Assembly (NCBI GenBank): GCA_963668025.2
Contig: CAXXTH010000018.1
Location: forward strand, 96,001-160,000
Direction of reading: 5' to 3'
Length of the DNA stretch: 64,000 nt
Origin: Candidatus Hydrogenedentota bacterium
Lineage (GTDB): Bacteria > Hydrogenedentota > Hydrogenedentia > Hydrogenedentales > SLHB01
The notes beneath the pieces were generated by a model, which worked only from the letters and a program-made list of their open reading frames with translations, was not told the DNA's origin and ran no database searches. Below are positions 50,016-60,330 of the stretch, piece after piece. Position numbers and translations under genes: made by a program. Positions within the stretch are counted from its first letter, which is position 1, and each line of letters begins with the position of its first letter.

Positions 50016-50483
50016 TTATTCGCGTATTTGGGGGCAGCAGTCTGCATGAAGCCCGCCCCCTTTGTCAAGGCCTATCGATTGGGCCATCATCTCCGCTTTC
50101 ACCTGTTCCCAAACCGCATCCAGTTCTTCCAGGCTGCATTGTTCAATAGAACGGCCCGACTGTAGAACTGCTTCGTTGAGGCGCTGGAATCGCGCCTGGA
50201 AACGTTCCGTGGAACGTTTCAATTCGGCGGGCCCATCCGCATCCAGGAACCGGGCTAAATTGATAACAGAGAACAGGACATCCCCCAATTCGCTCCGGGC
50301 ATGCATGGGATCGCCTTCGGCAAGCGCTTGGCGGATTTCATCTACTTCCTCGAATAGCTTTTCGAGAACGCCTTCGATATGGGGCCAATCGAACCCGAGA
50401 GCTGCCGCATCACATTGGACTTTCCACGCAGTGGCCCATGCATCACCCTGAATGCCTTGGGATAAGCCCCCTGATGCGGCCAT
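50016..50483 (-). CDS. Single-domain MazG-type nucleotide pyrophosphohydrolase
   Basis: AAALGFDW...KLFEEVDE...ELGDVLFSVINLAR...SLEELDAVWEQVK matches the C-terminal MazG domain; start uncertain. Confidence 0.85.
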   Translation of the reverse strand: MAASGGLSQGIQGDAWATAWKVQCDAAALGFDWPHIEGVLEKLFEEVDEIRQALAEGDPMHARSELGDVLFSVINLARFLDADGPAELKRSTERFQARFQRLNEAVLQSGRSIEQCSLEELDAVWEQVKAEMMAQSIGLDKGGGLHADCCPQIRE

Positions 50484-50815
50484 AATACGCAGCCCTCCTG
50501 CGTCTGGACACACTTCTCCTGTCGTGCGAAGACGGCCACGCAAAATTAGAAAATAGCCCCGAGAACTGAGCCTTTTTCCAGTCCGTACTCCCAGCAGATG
50601 GCGTCCAAACTGATGAGTATTTAGTATAGCACCCAGCGGCGTTTCCCGCAAGGGAAAACCTTTTTTCAGGGGCTAACGCCTAAACTCAAGCCCCACAAGG
50701 CATTCGCAGGCATTATGCCCCACCGCTCAAAAAATAAAAAAGAGCGCTTGCCACAAATTTACGATGAATTCCGGGGAAAAAGCGTTATGTTTGCGCACAA
50801 GAATAGTTCAAAATA

Positions 50816-50854
50816 GCCTGGCGTCCGCCTGATAGCTTTGACGAAACGCCAGGC
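50816..50854 (-). terminator. Putative terminator of the oxidoreductase operon
   Basis: GCCTGGCGT...ACGCCAGGC stem; TATTTT follows on the minus strand. Confidence 0.55.
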
Positions 50855-50890
50855 CAAGTTTAATGTATGCCTAACTCTATGGGCTATATA

Positions 50891-51970
50891 TTACCCGATA
50901 TATTCCTTGCGGTTGCATTCAGCGGATACCAGAACGGGCGTATCCGGCATAACGCGCGCCAATTCATCGAGTTCTGGCGGCCCATCCGGAAGCGGCAAGC
51001 TGATTTGACCTCGCTGGACCACGGACCGGCATAGCCCCATCATGATCTCGAAGCCTTTATAAGCCTCTTCGCCATTGCATGGATGGACCGCGCTGTCGTC
51101 GTCCAGCCACCGGGCCATGTCGGCGATATACGGGGGCATATCGAGGTCATAGTTCATGCATCCCGGGCCGCTGATGACGCCGCCGGAATCACGGGTGATG
51201 GCGCGCCAGCCTCCGCCAGTGAGGACTTCCGCGAAGCCTTCCGTTCCTTGGGCGCCAATGCGGCACTTGCGCCACCAATAATCCACTTCGGGGACATCGG
51301 GCGCTCCGGCTCCGGTTTCGATGATCCCGCGCACCCCATTAGAAAACTGGATAAATCCAGCAATATAATCGGGCGAGACGTGGACATCGGAGAACTTGCC
51401 TTTTCCCGCGGCCTGGCCCATGACCCACACCGCGCCGACGTTATCGTTATACCACCGGCAATAGTCGATCATATGGGTCATCATATGCATCATCCAGCCG
51501 GAAGAATGGCCGTACACCGTATGCACCCGGCCGATGGCGCCACTGGCGATGATCTCCTTAACCTTTTGATAATGCTCGCCATACCGGTGCTGGTGGGAAA
51601 CGACAGTCTTCACTCGGGCCTGGCGCACGAGCGCCATGATCTCGATGGCCTCGCGCATGCTGGTGGCGATGGGCTTCTCATAGGCGATGAGCTTTGCCCC
51701 GCTTTCCACGCCAATGCGCACCATGGGCAGCCGGAGGCTCGGAAGGGTGCAGAAGCAAAACACATCCGGCTGAACCGCCTTCGACAATGCGGCGGCGTCA
51801 TCGCTGGCCTCGGGATTGCCCAAGGCAGCCGCCGCGCTTTCCGCGCGGCCGCGGTCGATATCACATACGCCCGCGACTTCGAATTGAGGATGGGCATGGA
51901 ATGCAGCCGCATGGTGCTTTCCGCGCTTTCCCATGCCCACCACCATCACTTTGTATTTTTTTTGGCTCAT
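50891..51970 (-). CDS. Gfo/Idh/MocA family oxidoreductase
   Basis: VGMGKRG Rossmann fold, EKP motif, HQHRY, IIASGAIG. Confidence 0.92.
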   Translation of the reverse strand: MSQKKYKVMVVGMGKRGKHHAAAFHAHPQFEVAGVCDIDRGRAESAAAALGNPEASDDAAALSKAVQPDVFCFCTLPSLRLPMVRIGVESGAKLIAYEKPIATSMREAIEIMALVRQARVKTVVSHQHRYGEHYQKVKEIIASGAIGRVHTVYGHSSGWMMHMMTHMIDYCRWYNDNVGAVWVMGQAAGKGKFSDVHVSPDYIAGFIQFSNGVRGIIETGAGAPDVPEVDYWWRKCRIGAQGTEGFAEVLTGGGWRAITRDSGGVISGPGCMNYDLDMPPYIADMARWLDDDSAVHPCNGEEAYKGFEIMMGLCRSVVQRGQISLPLPDGPPELDELARVMPDTPVLVSAECNRKEYIG

Positions 51971-51981
51971 GTTCCTACCCC

Positions 51982-53100
51982 TTATATATTGGCTTTACAC
52001 CACTCGAGGGTCTTGGCGATGGAGAAATCTATCTCTTCGGCGGTCAGTTCTGGGAACATCGGAAGAGATACGCAGTTGGCGGCATTGCGTTCCGTGTTGG
52101 CAAGGCTGCCCGAAATGCGCGCTTCTTTGCCCCAAGGATATCCCTCTTGCTGGTGTATCGCGATGGGATAGTGGCACTTGGCGTCCACTCCATTGGCGTT
52201 CAAGAACTCGATCATCGCATCGCGTTTGCCGCTGGGGGTTTCCACCACGTAGAGATGGTATACATGCCGGTATCCGGGAATCTCGTATGGCAGCACCAAT
52301 CCGCTTTGCGCGAGCGCTTTGGTGTATATGGCGGCGATTTCGCGGCGTCGGTCACTCCACTGCGTGATATGCTTGAGCTTGACGCTCAATATGCCCGCAT
52401 GCAAATCATCCAGGCGGCTGTTGAATCCGAAGGAATGCACGGACCGCTTGAGCGAGCCGTGGTTGCGCAAACGTTTGACTTCAGACGCTATACCGCCGTT
52501 ATTAGTAACGACCGCGCCGCCATCGCCGAATGTGCCCAGGTTCTTCTGGATAATGAAGCTGGTGCATACGGCGTCGGACAATTCGCCCATCTTGAAACCC
52601 GCGCCGCGCGCGTCTATGGCTTGGGCGTTGTCTTCAATGACGCGCAAGTTGTGCTTTTTGGCAATAACGGCGATCTTATCCATTTCGGCGCATTGGCCAT
52701 ACAGATGAACCGGAATAATGGCTTTGGTCTTGGAGGTAATGGCGGCCTCGATCTTCGTGGCATCAATGGCATTGGTCTTTGCGTCCGAATCCACGAAAAC
52801 GGCGGTTGCTCCCGCGACCCAAATCGCTTCCGCCGTCGCGAAAAAGGTGTTCGATGTCGTGATCACTTCGTCGCCAGGGCCGATGCCGAGGGCCATGAGC
52901 ACCAGCCAAAGGGCGTCCGTACCCGAGTTGACGCCTATGGCATGCTCCATGCCATGGTACGCGGCCAATTCTTTCTCGAAGCGGGAAAGAGCCGGACCCA
53001 TTACATACTGTCCCGACTCGAGCACATCAGAAATCGCCTGGTCGAGTTCTTTTTTCAGATTGTGATACTGCCTGACATGTCCATAGAATGAAACGTTCAT
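51982..53100 (-). CDS. DegT/DnrJ/EryC1/StrS PLP-dependent aminotransferase
   Basis: NSGTDAL, TFFATAEAI, PVHLYGQ, IEDNAQA, KNLGTFGDGG, NSRLD. Confidence 0.96.
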   Translation of the reverse strand: MNVSFYGHVRQYHNLKKELDQAISDVLESGQYVMGPALSRFEKELAAYHGMEHAIGVNSGTDALWLVLMALGIGPGDEVITTSNTFFATAEAIWVAGATAVFVDSDAKTNAIDATKIEAAITSKTKAIIPVHLYGQCAEMDKIAVIAKKHNLRVIEDNAQAIDARGAGFKMGELSDAVCTSFIIQKNLGTFGDGGAVVTNNGGIASEVKRLRNHGSLKRSVHSFGFNSRLDDLHAGILSVKLKHITQWSDRRREIAAIYTKALAQSGLVLPYEIPGYRHVYHLYVVETPSGKRDAMIEFLNANGVDAKCHYPIAIHQQEGYPWGKEARISGSLANTERNAANCVSLPMFPELTAEEIDFSIAKTLEWCKANI

Positions 53101-53376
53101 CGATTCCTCCTTGGCGGAATTGCCCCTATTCAGTACACCGGTTTATACAGATCACAGTTCCTTTTCAATCCATTGGGATTGCATGATGGATGGAATCATC
53201 ATACCTGAAACCGCACCGCAACCCAACACTCATGTTAAGCGTTTTCTATTGCCAAATTATGCGAAATCCTACTATGAAATGACAGCAACTGATAGGCGGG
53301 AAATGGGCGGAACGCTTCTCTGGAGTCCTCGGAATTCTCGATGAAGCTGTATAGGCGGGCAGGCGTATTGGACCTT

Positions 53377-53997
53377 TTACGCACGCTTGCTGCTGCTTCC
53401 AAGCAAGGACAGCAATTTATCCCAATACGCAAGCACAATCCACAGCAAAAACGGCAAGGTAATAAAAACCTCGCCCAGGGCGTTGGCCACTTCAGACACC
53501 TGGTAGATCTCTTTTCGGAAATAGAATGCAAGCACCAGAAATGCGAAATGGCAAGCGCACAAAACACCCAGCCCAATGGCGAGTATCACGCCCCGGCGCT
53601 TCCAGGTAATCCCTCCCGTGGCCAGCACCAGCGCGATATATGGCGCAATATTATCCACCAGCCGGCCAATAGAAGAAGGGCTGGCTTTCCCCCCCATGAC
53701 AAAGGCTAAAGTCGTCTCGGTGTTGAATATGCCGCCCGACTCCACTTGAACCCCTTCAATGGGCACGCCGAGTATGAAATGTAAAAATGACGCGGCCACC
53801 CACCCGAGCGCCCAGGCATAGTACGGCATTATTTGCCAAAAGACATAAAGGCAAAACGGTACGATCAGCACGAACCGCAATACCAGAAAAAGCAGCTCCC
53901 TTAGTTGGAAGCCGCTTTCGCTGGTTTTTCCTTCACCAGTAGTTCCACCCATAACAGCCATACCACCACCACAAAAATGATAAAAATCCCTTGCCAC
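53377..53997 (-). CDS. Exosortase-associated membrane protein (degenerate exosortase-like)
   Basis: YIALVLAT...WKRRGVILAIG aligns with the neighbouring exosortase core but lacks the Cys and Arg; start uncertain. Confidence 0.65.
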   Translation of the reverse strand: MARDFYHFCGGGMAVMGGTTGEGKTSESGFQLRELLFLVLRFVLIVPFCLYVFWQIMPYYAWALGWVAASFLHFILGVPIEGVQVESGGIFNTETTLAFVMGGKASPSSIGRLVDNIAPYIALVLATGGITWKRRGVILAIGLGVLCACHFAFLVLAFYFRKEIYQVSEVANALGEVFITLPFLLWIVLAYWDKLLSLLGSSSKRA

Positions 53998-55208
53998 ACA
54001 TATTCATGCACAAATTTAAAAATCTGGCCGCCACGGTCCACGGCCCCAATATATCCCAAACAGGTCAAGCGCCCCACATTGACCAAATATAGGAGCGGCA
54101 CGCCGAGAATAATGCCCACTAGGCGTTTCCAGTAGCGGGCGGGAAACGCCAGCACCGCCGCTACAAAAATGGCCATGGAGGGGATCGCGCCGCAATCGGG
54201 CACTAGCGTGAATGAAAAGGCCACAGGACGGCGTTCGTCACTGCTGGGCGGCAACGACGTAATATATGCTTGAACCGTATCCAGTTCCTGCTGAATGGCC
54301 GCTTGTTGCGCGGACCGCTCCTCTTCCGAAAGCTCCGTATCTTTCCCGATAGCCTCCAGCCGGTTCTGGAGTTCCGCCGTTTGCTGGGAAGGAGAGCGCT
54401 CTTTGATGAAACCGACCAGCGGGCCATTGTTTTTAAGCTTCTCTTGGAGCTGCACCAAGCGGCTCCTCAGGAACTCCTTCTCCTTTATACGCAATTCGGC
54501 AACCTGTTCTTGCAGCCGCTCCAGCGTCGAAGTGAAAGACTGGAAATCCAAACCGCCCTGGCCAAGCGACACCCCTGTTTCATTCAGCACTTGATTAATG
54601 TTGGGAAGCGCTTCGGTTATTTCCTTAGGTGCGGACGATTCACCCAGCGTGGAAGAGCGCGTCTCGCGAATCACATTCTCCAGCTCGCCGACTTCGATGC
54701 GGATTGCCGCCAAATGGTCTTCCGGGGTAGTGACCACTGTGCTCTTTGGCTCAAGCGTTTTTAACGCTTCTTTGTGTTTTTGGATCGATTTTAATAAAAC
54801 AACCGTCTTGTACCGGCAAGATTCCCATGCCGTCAATGCAGGCGCACTTTCACCTTCCGCGCCTGGGTCCGATTGGGCGGCTTGCCGTCCGTCCCATTGC
54901 TGCAACACACTTCGAATCTCTTGCTCCCGGCCGGAATAGGCCGAAGCCGGTTCCACTTGGCACGAATCCCCAAACAAACGAAGCGCCCAACTGGTATGCG
55001 TGCCAACCAGATAAAGATAATAATCGTTCGCTTTCGAGCCAATTACATATCGATAACCTGCCAGCATCGCCAATACCGCTACCAGAAACACCACCACGAA
55101 CATTATGGTGCGGCGTTTTCGATCATCCGGCTCCTGCGGAGCCTTCACCGGCTCTGGCTTCGGAAACGATACATATCCACTTACTTTGACGTCGTTTGCG
55201 TCAGGCAT
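53901..55208 (-). CDS. Exosortase/archaeosortase family protein (XrtH-like) with a large coiled-coil insertion
   Basis: Cys-Arg-His triad: LVPDCGAI, VNVGRL, FVHEYVWQ; AAVLAFPA.YWKR typical of exosortase H. Confidence 0.88.
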   Translation of the reverse strand: MPDANDVKVSGYVSFPKPEPVKAPQEPDDRKRRTIMFVVVFLVAVLAMLAGYRYVIGSKANDYYLYLVGTHTSWALRLFGDSCQVEPASAYSGREQEIRSVLQQWDGRQAAQSDPGAEGESAPALTAWESCRYKTVVLLKSIQKHKEALKTLEPKSTVVTTPEDHLAAIRIEVGELENVIRETRSSTLGESSAPKEITEALPNINQVLNETGVSLGQGGLDFQSFTSTLERLQEQVAELRIKEKEFLRSRLVQLQEKLKNNGPLVGFIKERSPSQQTAELQNRLEAIGKDTELSEEERSAQQAAIQQELDTVQAYITSLPPSSDERRPVAFSFTLVPDCGAIPSMAIFVAAVLAFPARYWKRLVGIILGVPLLYLVNVGRLTCLGYIGAVDRGGQIFKFVHEYVWQGIFIIFVVVVWLLWVELLVKEKPAKAASN

Positions 55209-55465
55209 GCGCGCGGTACTCCCGAATAAAAAGCCTGCTTCACCCTGTGAGGCGAAGCACGGCCTGTGAAGCGTTTCAAGGGCATCAAAGCATATCATGT
55301 TCAAAGCCATGGGGCAACCATCAAATACCTGCGTAAAATGGTCACAATGCGAGACATACGATAACGCGGAATAAAAACAGGAAGGCGTTTTCAACGAAGA
55401 ATGGACTTAACTATGACTTTAACCTTCAGTGGAATTTTTCCGTAGATAAAGCATGCACATTTCAT

Positions 55466-55520
55466 CCAGGCGCATGGACTCCCCGTTTCCCGGTGGGCGT
55501 CCATGCGTCTGGGCGGTTTT
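55466..55520. terminator. Hairpin duplicated downstream of two surface-protein genes (second copy 61351-61405)
   Basis: CCAGGCGCATGGAC...GTCCATGCGTCTGG; identical sequence at 61351. Confidence 0.65.
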
Positions 55521-55533
55521 GTTTGGGGCATGG

Positions 55534-57048
55534 CTATTTTCTCATCCGCCGCGCACGCCATAGGGCAACGAGGAGGAGGCCGGTGAGGGCGGCTCCGGCG
55601 GCGAGGGGCAATATGGGCGGCGTGCTCGATGGATCGAGCGGATCCGTGCCGTATTGGATCTCGATGCCGTCGGGCACATGGTCACCGTCCGTGTCGGCCT
55701 TGTAGAGGTGGGTGTGATACGTGGTCCACTCGGTGTTGTTCGTGAGGCCGTCGCCGTCTGAATCCGCTTCCGGGTCGTACTCGTACGCGCCAAAATCGTA
55801 TTTTTCATTAATAGGGCGCGCCGTGCCCGCCAAATCGGGAGTAAAAAGCTCCGGCACGGTCGAGTAGAGCAGCTCATTTCCGTCTATGGCTGGGCTATCG
55901 GGCATCAGGCGGTAATCTCCGTGTTCCGCATCCACGAAATGAGGGTCGCCACTGAACAACACCCCCCATTGGCGATACACTCCCTGTTCGACCTTTACAG
56001 GCTCATCCCCGGCATCGGGCATCAAATTGGTCTCCGCGTTTATCTCGCCATACAAATATATCGTCGGCCCTTCCGGAGCCTGGTTGTTTATAAATGTGCA
56101 GTGAGAGACATTGTAAGTGTTAATCCATATCTCTGTCTGGGCATCTCTCGAAGAATGCAGCCAAAGAGCCCCGCCTTGTTCATCCGCTGCATTATCAATG
56201 AACAAGCAATTGGAAATTCCGCCGCCGCCAAACATATCTAGCGCACCTCCATATGCGGCGCTATTGTTACGAAAAATGCATCTGACAAAATAGCAGCTAT
56301 CCCCACATCGAGCCACTCCTCCATGCCCGTCTGAAGAAAGCGCCTTATTGTATTCAAAAATACAGTCATAAAAGGATGCTATCCCAGGCGCATCTTTCAC
56401 GCCACCCCAAGGCGCCTCGTTTTGTGTGAATTTTGTGTTTCTAACCGTTATCGTTCCACCACGTTGACCAATGGCCCCTCCCGCACTTGACGCTTGATTG
56501 TTTGTGAAAAGACAGTTGCGTATTTCCACTTGCGCGTATGCTTGAGTGCTTAGGCCTCCTCCGGATTTACCCAACGAACCCGAACCTGGTTTGTTTGCAA
56601 ATCCGCCAGTAATAGTAAATCCGTCCAAAATAGAATTATTTCCCGCATTGACAACCGAATATGCGGGAGAGCCTTGGAAGGATTTTGAACCATCTATTAC
56701 CGTGGATTCTGGCAGGATATCTCTCTCTTCAACGGAAGTCTCATCCCCGTTGAATCCACCAAATAACTGTATTTCATCGGACAATTTCAGACAGCCTGCC
56801 GGTATGTCTTGAATCATCCCGGTTCTTTCCTCATCATAGAAGCCTTTCGCAACCCAAACCTCACCCGCTCCCGAAACGCTAGCGGCATCAATTGCGGGCT
56901 GAATTGTTTTGAACGCCGTCTGCCACGACGTTCCATCCTCCACATCGGATAGGTTGTCTTTATCGACGTACCACACATCCGCTATGGCGGGTAGCGCGAC
57001 GATAAATGCACTCGAGAAGCATAGGCAGAGCAAAAGACGTTGGCTCAT
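55534..57048 (-). CDS. Beta-helix surface protein with choice-of-anchor Q-like region, DxDGDG repeats and C-terminal sorting signal (copy A)
   Basis: GGAGG RBS; signal peptide; ADVWYVD...SWQTAF.TIQ.AI; F..N.A..GGA repeats; GDYRL..DSPAID...DFGAYEY; STPPILPLAAGA-TM-RARRMRK. Confidence 0.9.
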   Translation of the reverse strand: MSQRLLLCLCFSSAFIVALPAIADVWYVDKDNLSDVEDGTSWQTAFKTIQPAIDAASVSGAGEVWVAKGFYDEERTGMIQDIPAGCLKLSDEIQLFGGFNGDETSVEERDILPESTVIDGSKSFQGSPAYSVVNAGNNSILDGFTITGGFANKPGSGSLGKSGGGLSTQAYAQVEIRNCLFTNNQASSAGGAIGQRGGTITVRNTKFTQNEAPWGGVKDAPGIASFYDCIFEYNKALSSDGHGGVARCGDSCYFVRCIFRNNSAAYGGALDMFGGGGISNCLFIDNAADEQGGALWLHSSRDAQTEIWINTYNVSHCTFINNQAPEGPTIYLYGEINAETNLMPDAGDEPVKVEQGVYRQWGVLFSGDPHFVDAEHGDYRLMPDSPAIDGNELLYSTVPELFTPDLAGTARPINEKYDFGAYEYDPEADSDGDGLTNNTEWTTYHTHLYKADTDGDHVPDGIEIQYGTDPLDPSSTPPILPLAAGAALTGLLLVALWRARRMRK

Positions 57049-58544
57049 CTCGCATACCTCCAACATTTCGTCTCATATATCCGCCATAAGGCTATGAATA
57101 AAAAGCTGATTAGTACGGCTCCGGCGGCAAGGGGAAGAATGGGCGGCGTGCTCGATGGATCGAGCGGATCCGTGCCGTATTGGATCTCGATGCCGTCGGG
57201 GACATGGTCACCGTCCGTGTCGGCCTTGTAGGGATGAGTGTGATAGGTGGTCCACTCCGTATCATTCGTGAGGCCGTCGCCGTCCGAATCCGCCTGCGGG
57301 TCGTATTCATACGCGCCGAAATCGTATTTTTCATTAATCGGGCGCACCGTGCCCGCCAAGTCGGGAGTAAAAAGCTCCGGCACGGTCGAGTAGAGCAGCT
57401 CATTTCCGTCTATGGCCGGGCTGTCGGGCATCAGGCGGTAATCTCCGTGTTCCGCATCCACGAAATGAGGGTCGCCACTGAACAACGTACCAAACCAATT
57501 ATACGCGCCTCGTTCCACCTTTACAGGCTCGTCTCCGGCATCGGGCATCAAATTGCTCTCCGCGTTCACCTGGCCATACAGATATATTGTAGGTCCCTCT
57601 GGAGCTTGGTTGTTGACAAATGTGCAATACAATATATTATGTGAGCCTATCCACCCTTCCGTTTGGGCATCTATACCGCAACTCAGACTTAATGCTCCTC
57701 CCTTTTCATCAGCTACATTGCCAATAAACATACAATTCTCCACTAGACTTGTGGAGTATATCTTTAATGCCCCACCAATAGCAGCATGATTCTCCCGGAA
57801 AATACAACGTACAAACTTAGGTTGCCAGTTTGTCGAACCTCCTGCATAGGCTCCCCTATTTTTCTCAAAAACGCAGTCATAGAAGTCGGCGTCTCCACTT
57901 GCACCTACCGCATCGTTACTTCGGAAGATGCAGTTACGCACTTCCAATATGGATTGCAAGTTGACTGCTGAACGACCTTCGGCTGCCTGATTGCCCTCAA
58001 ATATACAGTTGTTGACATGACTAACGAAGACCTCTCTATTTGCCTCAGTCAGCAAAGCCGCCCCGGAATAGCCCCATTCCCGGGCGTCTCCTCCCGTAAC
58101 CGTGAATCCGTCGATTGTGGAGTTTGCGCTGAGGAACACCACACATATGGCTGGTTGTCCATCAAGTGCATTAGAGCCATCAATTATGGACCTAGACGCT
58201 CCTGACGACCTTTCAGGATGTTCCAGCTCATTTCCTACAAATCCGCCGTAAAGTGATACATTCTCATGTACCATGAGCGAACCGGTCACTACTTGATCAT
58301 ATTGATAATACAAAACCCCATTTCTTGTTTCATTATAGTTGCCTTCCGCCACCCACACTTCTCCGCCTCCATCTGCTTCAGCGGCATCAATCGCGGGCTG
58401 AATTGTTTTGAACGCCGTCTGCCATGATGCTCCATTTTCCACTCCCGATAAGCTGTTTATGTCAACATACCAAACATCCGCTGCGCTGTGAAGTCCGAAA
58501 AGAGCAGCGGTTATCATACTTATCCCTATCTGTCTACAGTTCAT
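57045..58544 (-). CDS. Beta-helix surface protein, copy B
   Basis: Same architecture as copy A; GGAGG RBS; TM tail diverges after LPLAAGA. Confidence 0.9.
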   Translation of the reverse strand: MNCRQIGISMITAALFGLHSAADVWYVDINSLSGVENGASWQTAFKTIQPAIDAAEADGGGEVWVAEGNYNETRNGVLYYQYDQVVTGSLMVHENVSLYGGFVGNELEHPERSSGASRSIIDGSNALDGQPAICVVFLSANSTIDGFTVTGGDAREWGYSGAALLTEANREVFVSHVNNCIFEGNQAAEGRSAVNLQSILEVRNCIFRSNDAVGASGDADFYDCVFEKNRGAYAGGSTNWQPKFVRCIFRENHAAIGGALKIYSTSLVENCMFIGNVADEKGGALSLSCGIDAQTEGWIGSHNILYCTFVNNQAPEGPTIYLYGQVNAESNLMPDAGDEPVKVERGAYNWFGTLFSGDPHFVDAEHGDYRLMPDSPAIDGNELLYSTVPELFTPDLAGTVRPINEKYDFGAYEYDPQADSDGDGLTNDTEWTTYHTHPYKADTDGDHVPDGIEIQYGTDPLDPSSTPPILPLAAGAVLISFLFIALWRIYETKCWRYAR

Positions 58545-58802
58545 GGTAGGAATCCTCCATTCAGAAAATTCTGGCCACAGATCAGTATTGCTCGTACCAG
58601 AAATAGTATTCCCCAATAGAAGGAGTAGGCACTTCATCCGCACCTATGTCTCGTTCTTCATCGATGAGGTATGGACTCGCGTAGATCTCAGGCATAGTGA
58701 TGTTACCCAACGGGTAGGAATCTCTTGGCGCGACGGAATGATCAATGTCGAAGTAGGTAGTCGCGCCGTATACATTGCGCTCTGTATCATGATAAATAAT
58801 TG

Positions 58803-60330
58803 GTAACACTTTAGCCGTCTGGCGCAACTATAAGTAGCGTTTCGGTATAATATAGTTACAAGATGTTGTGGTTTTGGGCCAAGACGCCATGGCGACGGCA
58901 ATAAGTGGCATTCCATTGGGACCGCTGCTCTCGGAGGAGCAAGCCCGAGCGATCTACGCATTGGGCGAAGATGCCGTGGTGTTTGCCCTGTTGGCGCAAT
59001 CCAAGCTGCTGTCGGAGCAGCAGGCCGAGGCGGCGTTCACTTCCCACCAAACGCCCTCCACCCCTTCGGGCATGCAGCCAGTTTACGGGAAACCCCAGAC
59101 GCCTGTGCGCGGCAAGAAAAAGCCGGGACGCAAGATGGGCCACCCCGGCAGCCGGCGCGTGCCGCCCGAACGTATCGACCGGCGTGAAACACACCGCACC
59201 AAGGTGTGTCCCGACTGCGGCGGGCCGCTGGACCGCCGCGCGGAGACCCGCACGCGCTACACCGAAGACATACCCGAAGGCATCCGTCCGGAAATCACCG
59301 AGCATACCATTCACCGCGACTGGTGTCCGCGATGCAAGAAGAAAGTCGAGCCGGTTGTGGCGGCGGCCTTGCCGGGCGCGACCCTGGGCAACCGGGTGCT
59401 GGTCCTCAGCGCGTGGCTGCACTATGTGTTGGGCAACACGCTTTCGCAAATCGTGGAGGTCTTCGATTTCCACCTGCTTTTCCAGGTCACGCCGGGCGGG
59501 CTGCTGCACATGTGGCGCAGGCTGGCGGAGATTCTCCTGCCTTGGTACGAGGCCATTCACCAGGAAGCGCTGGACTCGGCGGTGCTCAACGCCGACGAGA
59601 CCGGCTGGCGCGTGAATGGCAAGACCCGATGGCTGTGGTGTTTCGCCACCAAAGGGCTGAGCTTTTTCCTGATCGACCATTCGCGGGGGAGTCCGGCGCT
59701 CCAGCAGTTCTTCACGCGGGAATTCGCCGGAACGCTGGTGGCCGACTTCTGGGCCGCGTACAACGCCGTGGCGTGCGCCGCCCGGCAGAAGTGCCTCGTG
59801 CATTTGTTGCGCGAACTCGAGCACGTGGAGAAATACAAATCGCCCAGCCCGGCCTGGCCCGCCTTCGCCAAAAAGCTGCGCCGCCTGATTGCCGACGCCA
59901 TCCGGCTGTGGCGGCGGCGCGGCGAGCTCGAACCGGAGGCGTACGACTCGCGCCGCGCGCGCTTCGCCCGGCGCTTGCGGGACTTGTGCGATACGCCCTG
60001 GGAGGACGCCAACGCCAAGCGCCTCATAAAAAGGCTGCGCCGACACCAGGATGAACTCTTCACTTTTCTCGGCCAATCAGATGTTCCCTTCGACAACAAC
60101 TTGGCGGAACGCTCCATCCGTCCTGCCGTTATCCTGCGCAAAAACAGTTACTGCAACCGCAGCGACCAAGGAGCCGCCATACAAGCGGTGCTCATGAGCG
60201 TCTTCTTTACTTTGAAAAAACGCGGGCAAAACCCCGTCTGCACCGTCTGCAACGCCCTGGTCCACTACCTCAACACCGGCCAATTGCCTCCCCTGCCACC
60301 GGAAAACACTTCAGTCGGCTAAAGTGTTAC
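58803..60330 (+). mobile_element. IS66 family element (single-ORF, ISBst12-like), complete
   Basis: Terminal IRs GTAACACTTTAGCCG / CGGCTAAAGTGTTAC; 8-bp TSD AATAATTG at 58795-58802 and 60331-60338. Confidence 0.97.
58889..60322 (+). CDS. tnpC: IS66 family transposase (TnpC)
   Basis: STPS, KPGRKMGHPG, CPDCG...CPRC zinc finger, ADETGW, LVADF, QKCLVHLLR, DNNLAERSIR. Confidence 0.97.
   Translation: MATAISGIPLGPLLSEEQARAIYALGEDAVVFALLAQSKLLSEQQAEAAFTSHQTPSTPSGMQPVYGKPQTPVRGKKKPGRKMGHPGSRRVPPERIDRRETHRTKVCPDCGGPLDRRAETRTRYTEDIPEGIRPEITEHTIHRDWCPRCKKKVEPVVAAALPGATLGNRVLVLSAWLHYVLGNTLSQIVEVFDFHLLFQVTPGGLLHMWRRLAEILLPWYEAIHQEALDSAVLNADETGWRVNGKTRWLWCFATKGLSFFLIDHSRGSPALQQFFTREFAGTLVADFWAAYNAVACAARQKCLVHLLRELEHVEKYKSPSPAWPAFAKKLRRLIADAIRLWRRRGELEPEAYDSRRARFARRLRDLCDTPWEDANAKRLIKRLRRHQDELFTFLGQSDVPFDNNLAERSIRPAVILRKNSYCNRSDQGAAIQAVLMSVFFTLKKRGQNPVCTVCNALVHYLNTGQLPPLPPENTSVG

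Noticed and set aside
51694-53091. Long antisense ORFs (465 aa here; also 51083-52171, 58856-60076, 9838-10917)
   Set aside because: These are shadow frames opposite well-supported genes in GC-rich DNA, with no recognisable motifs.
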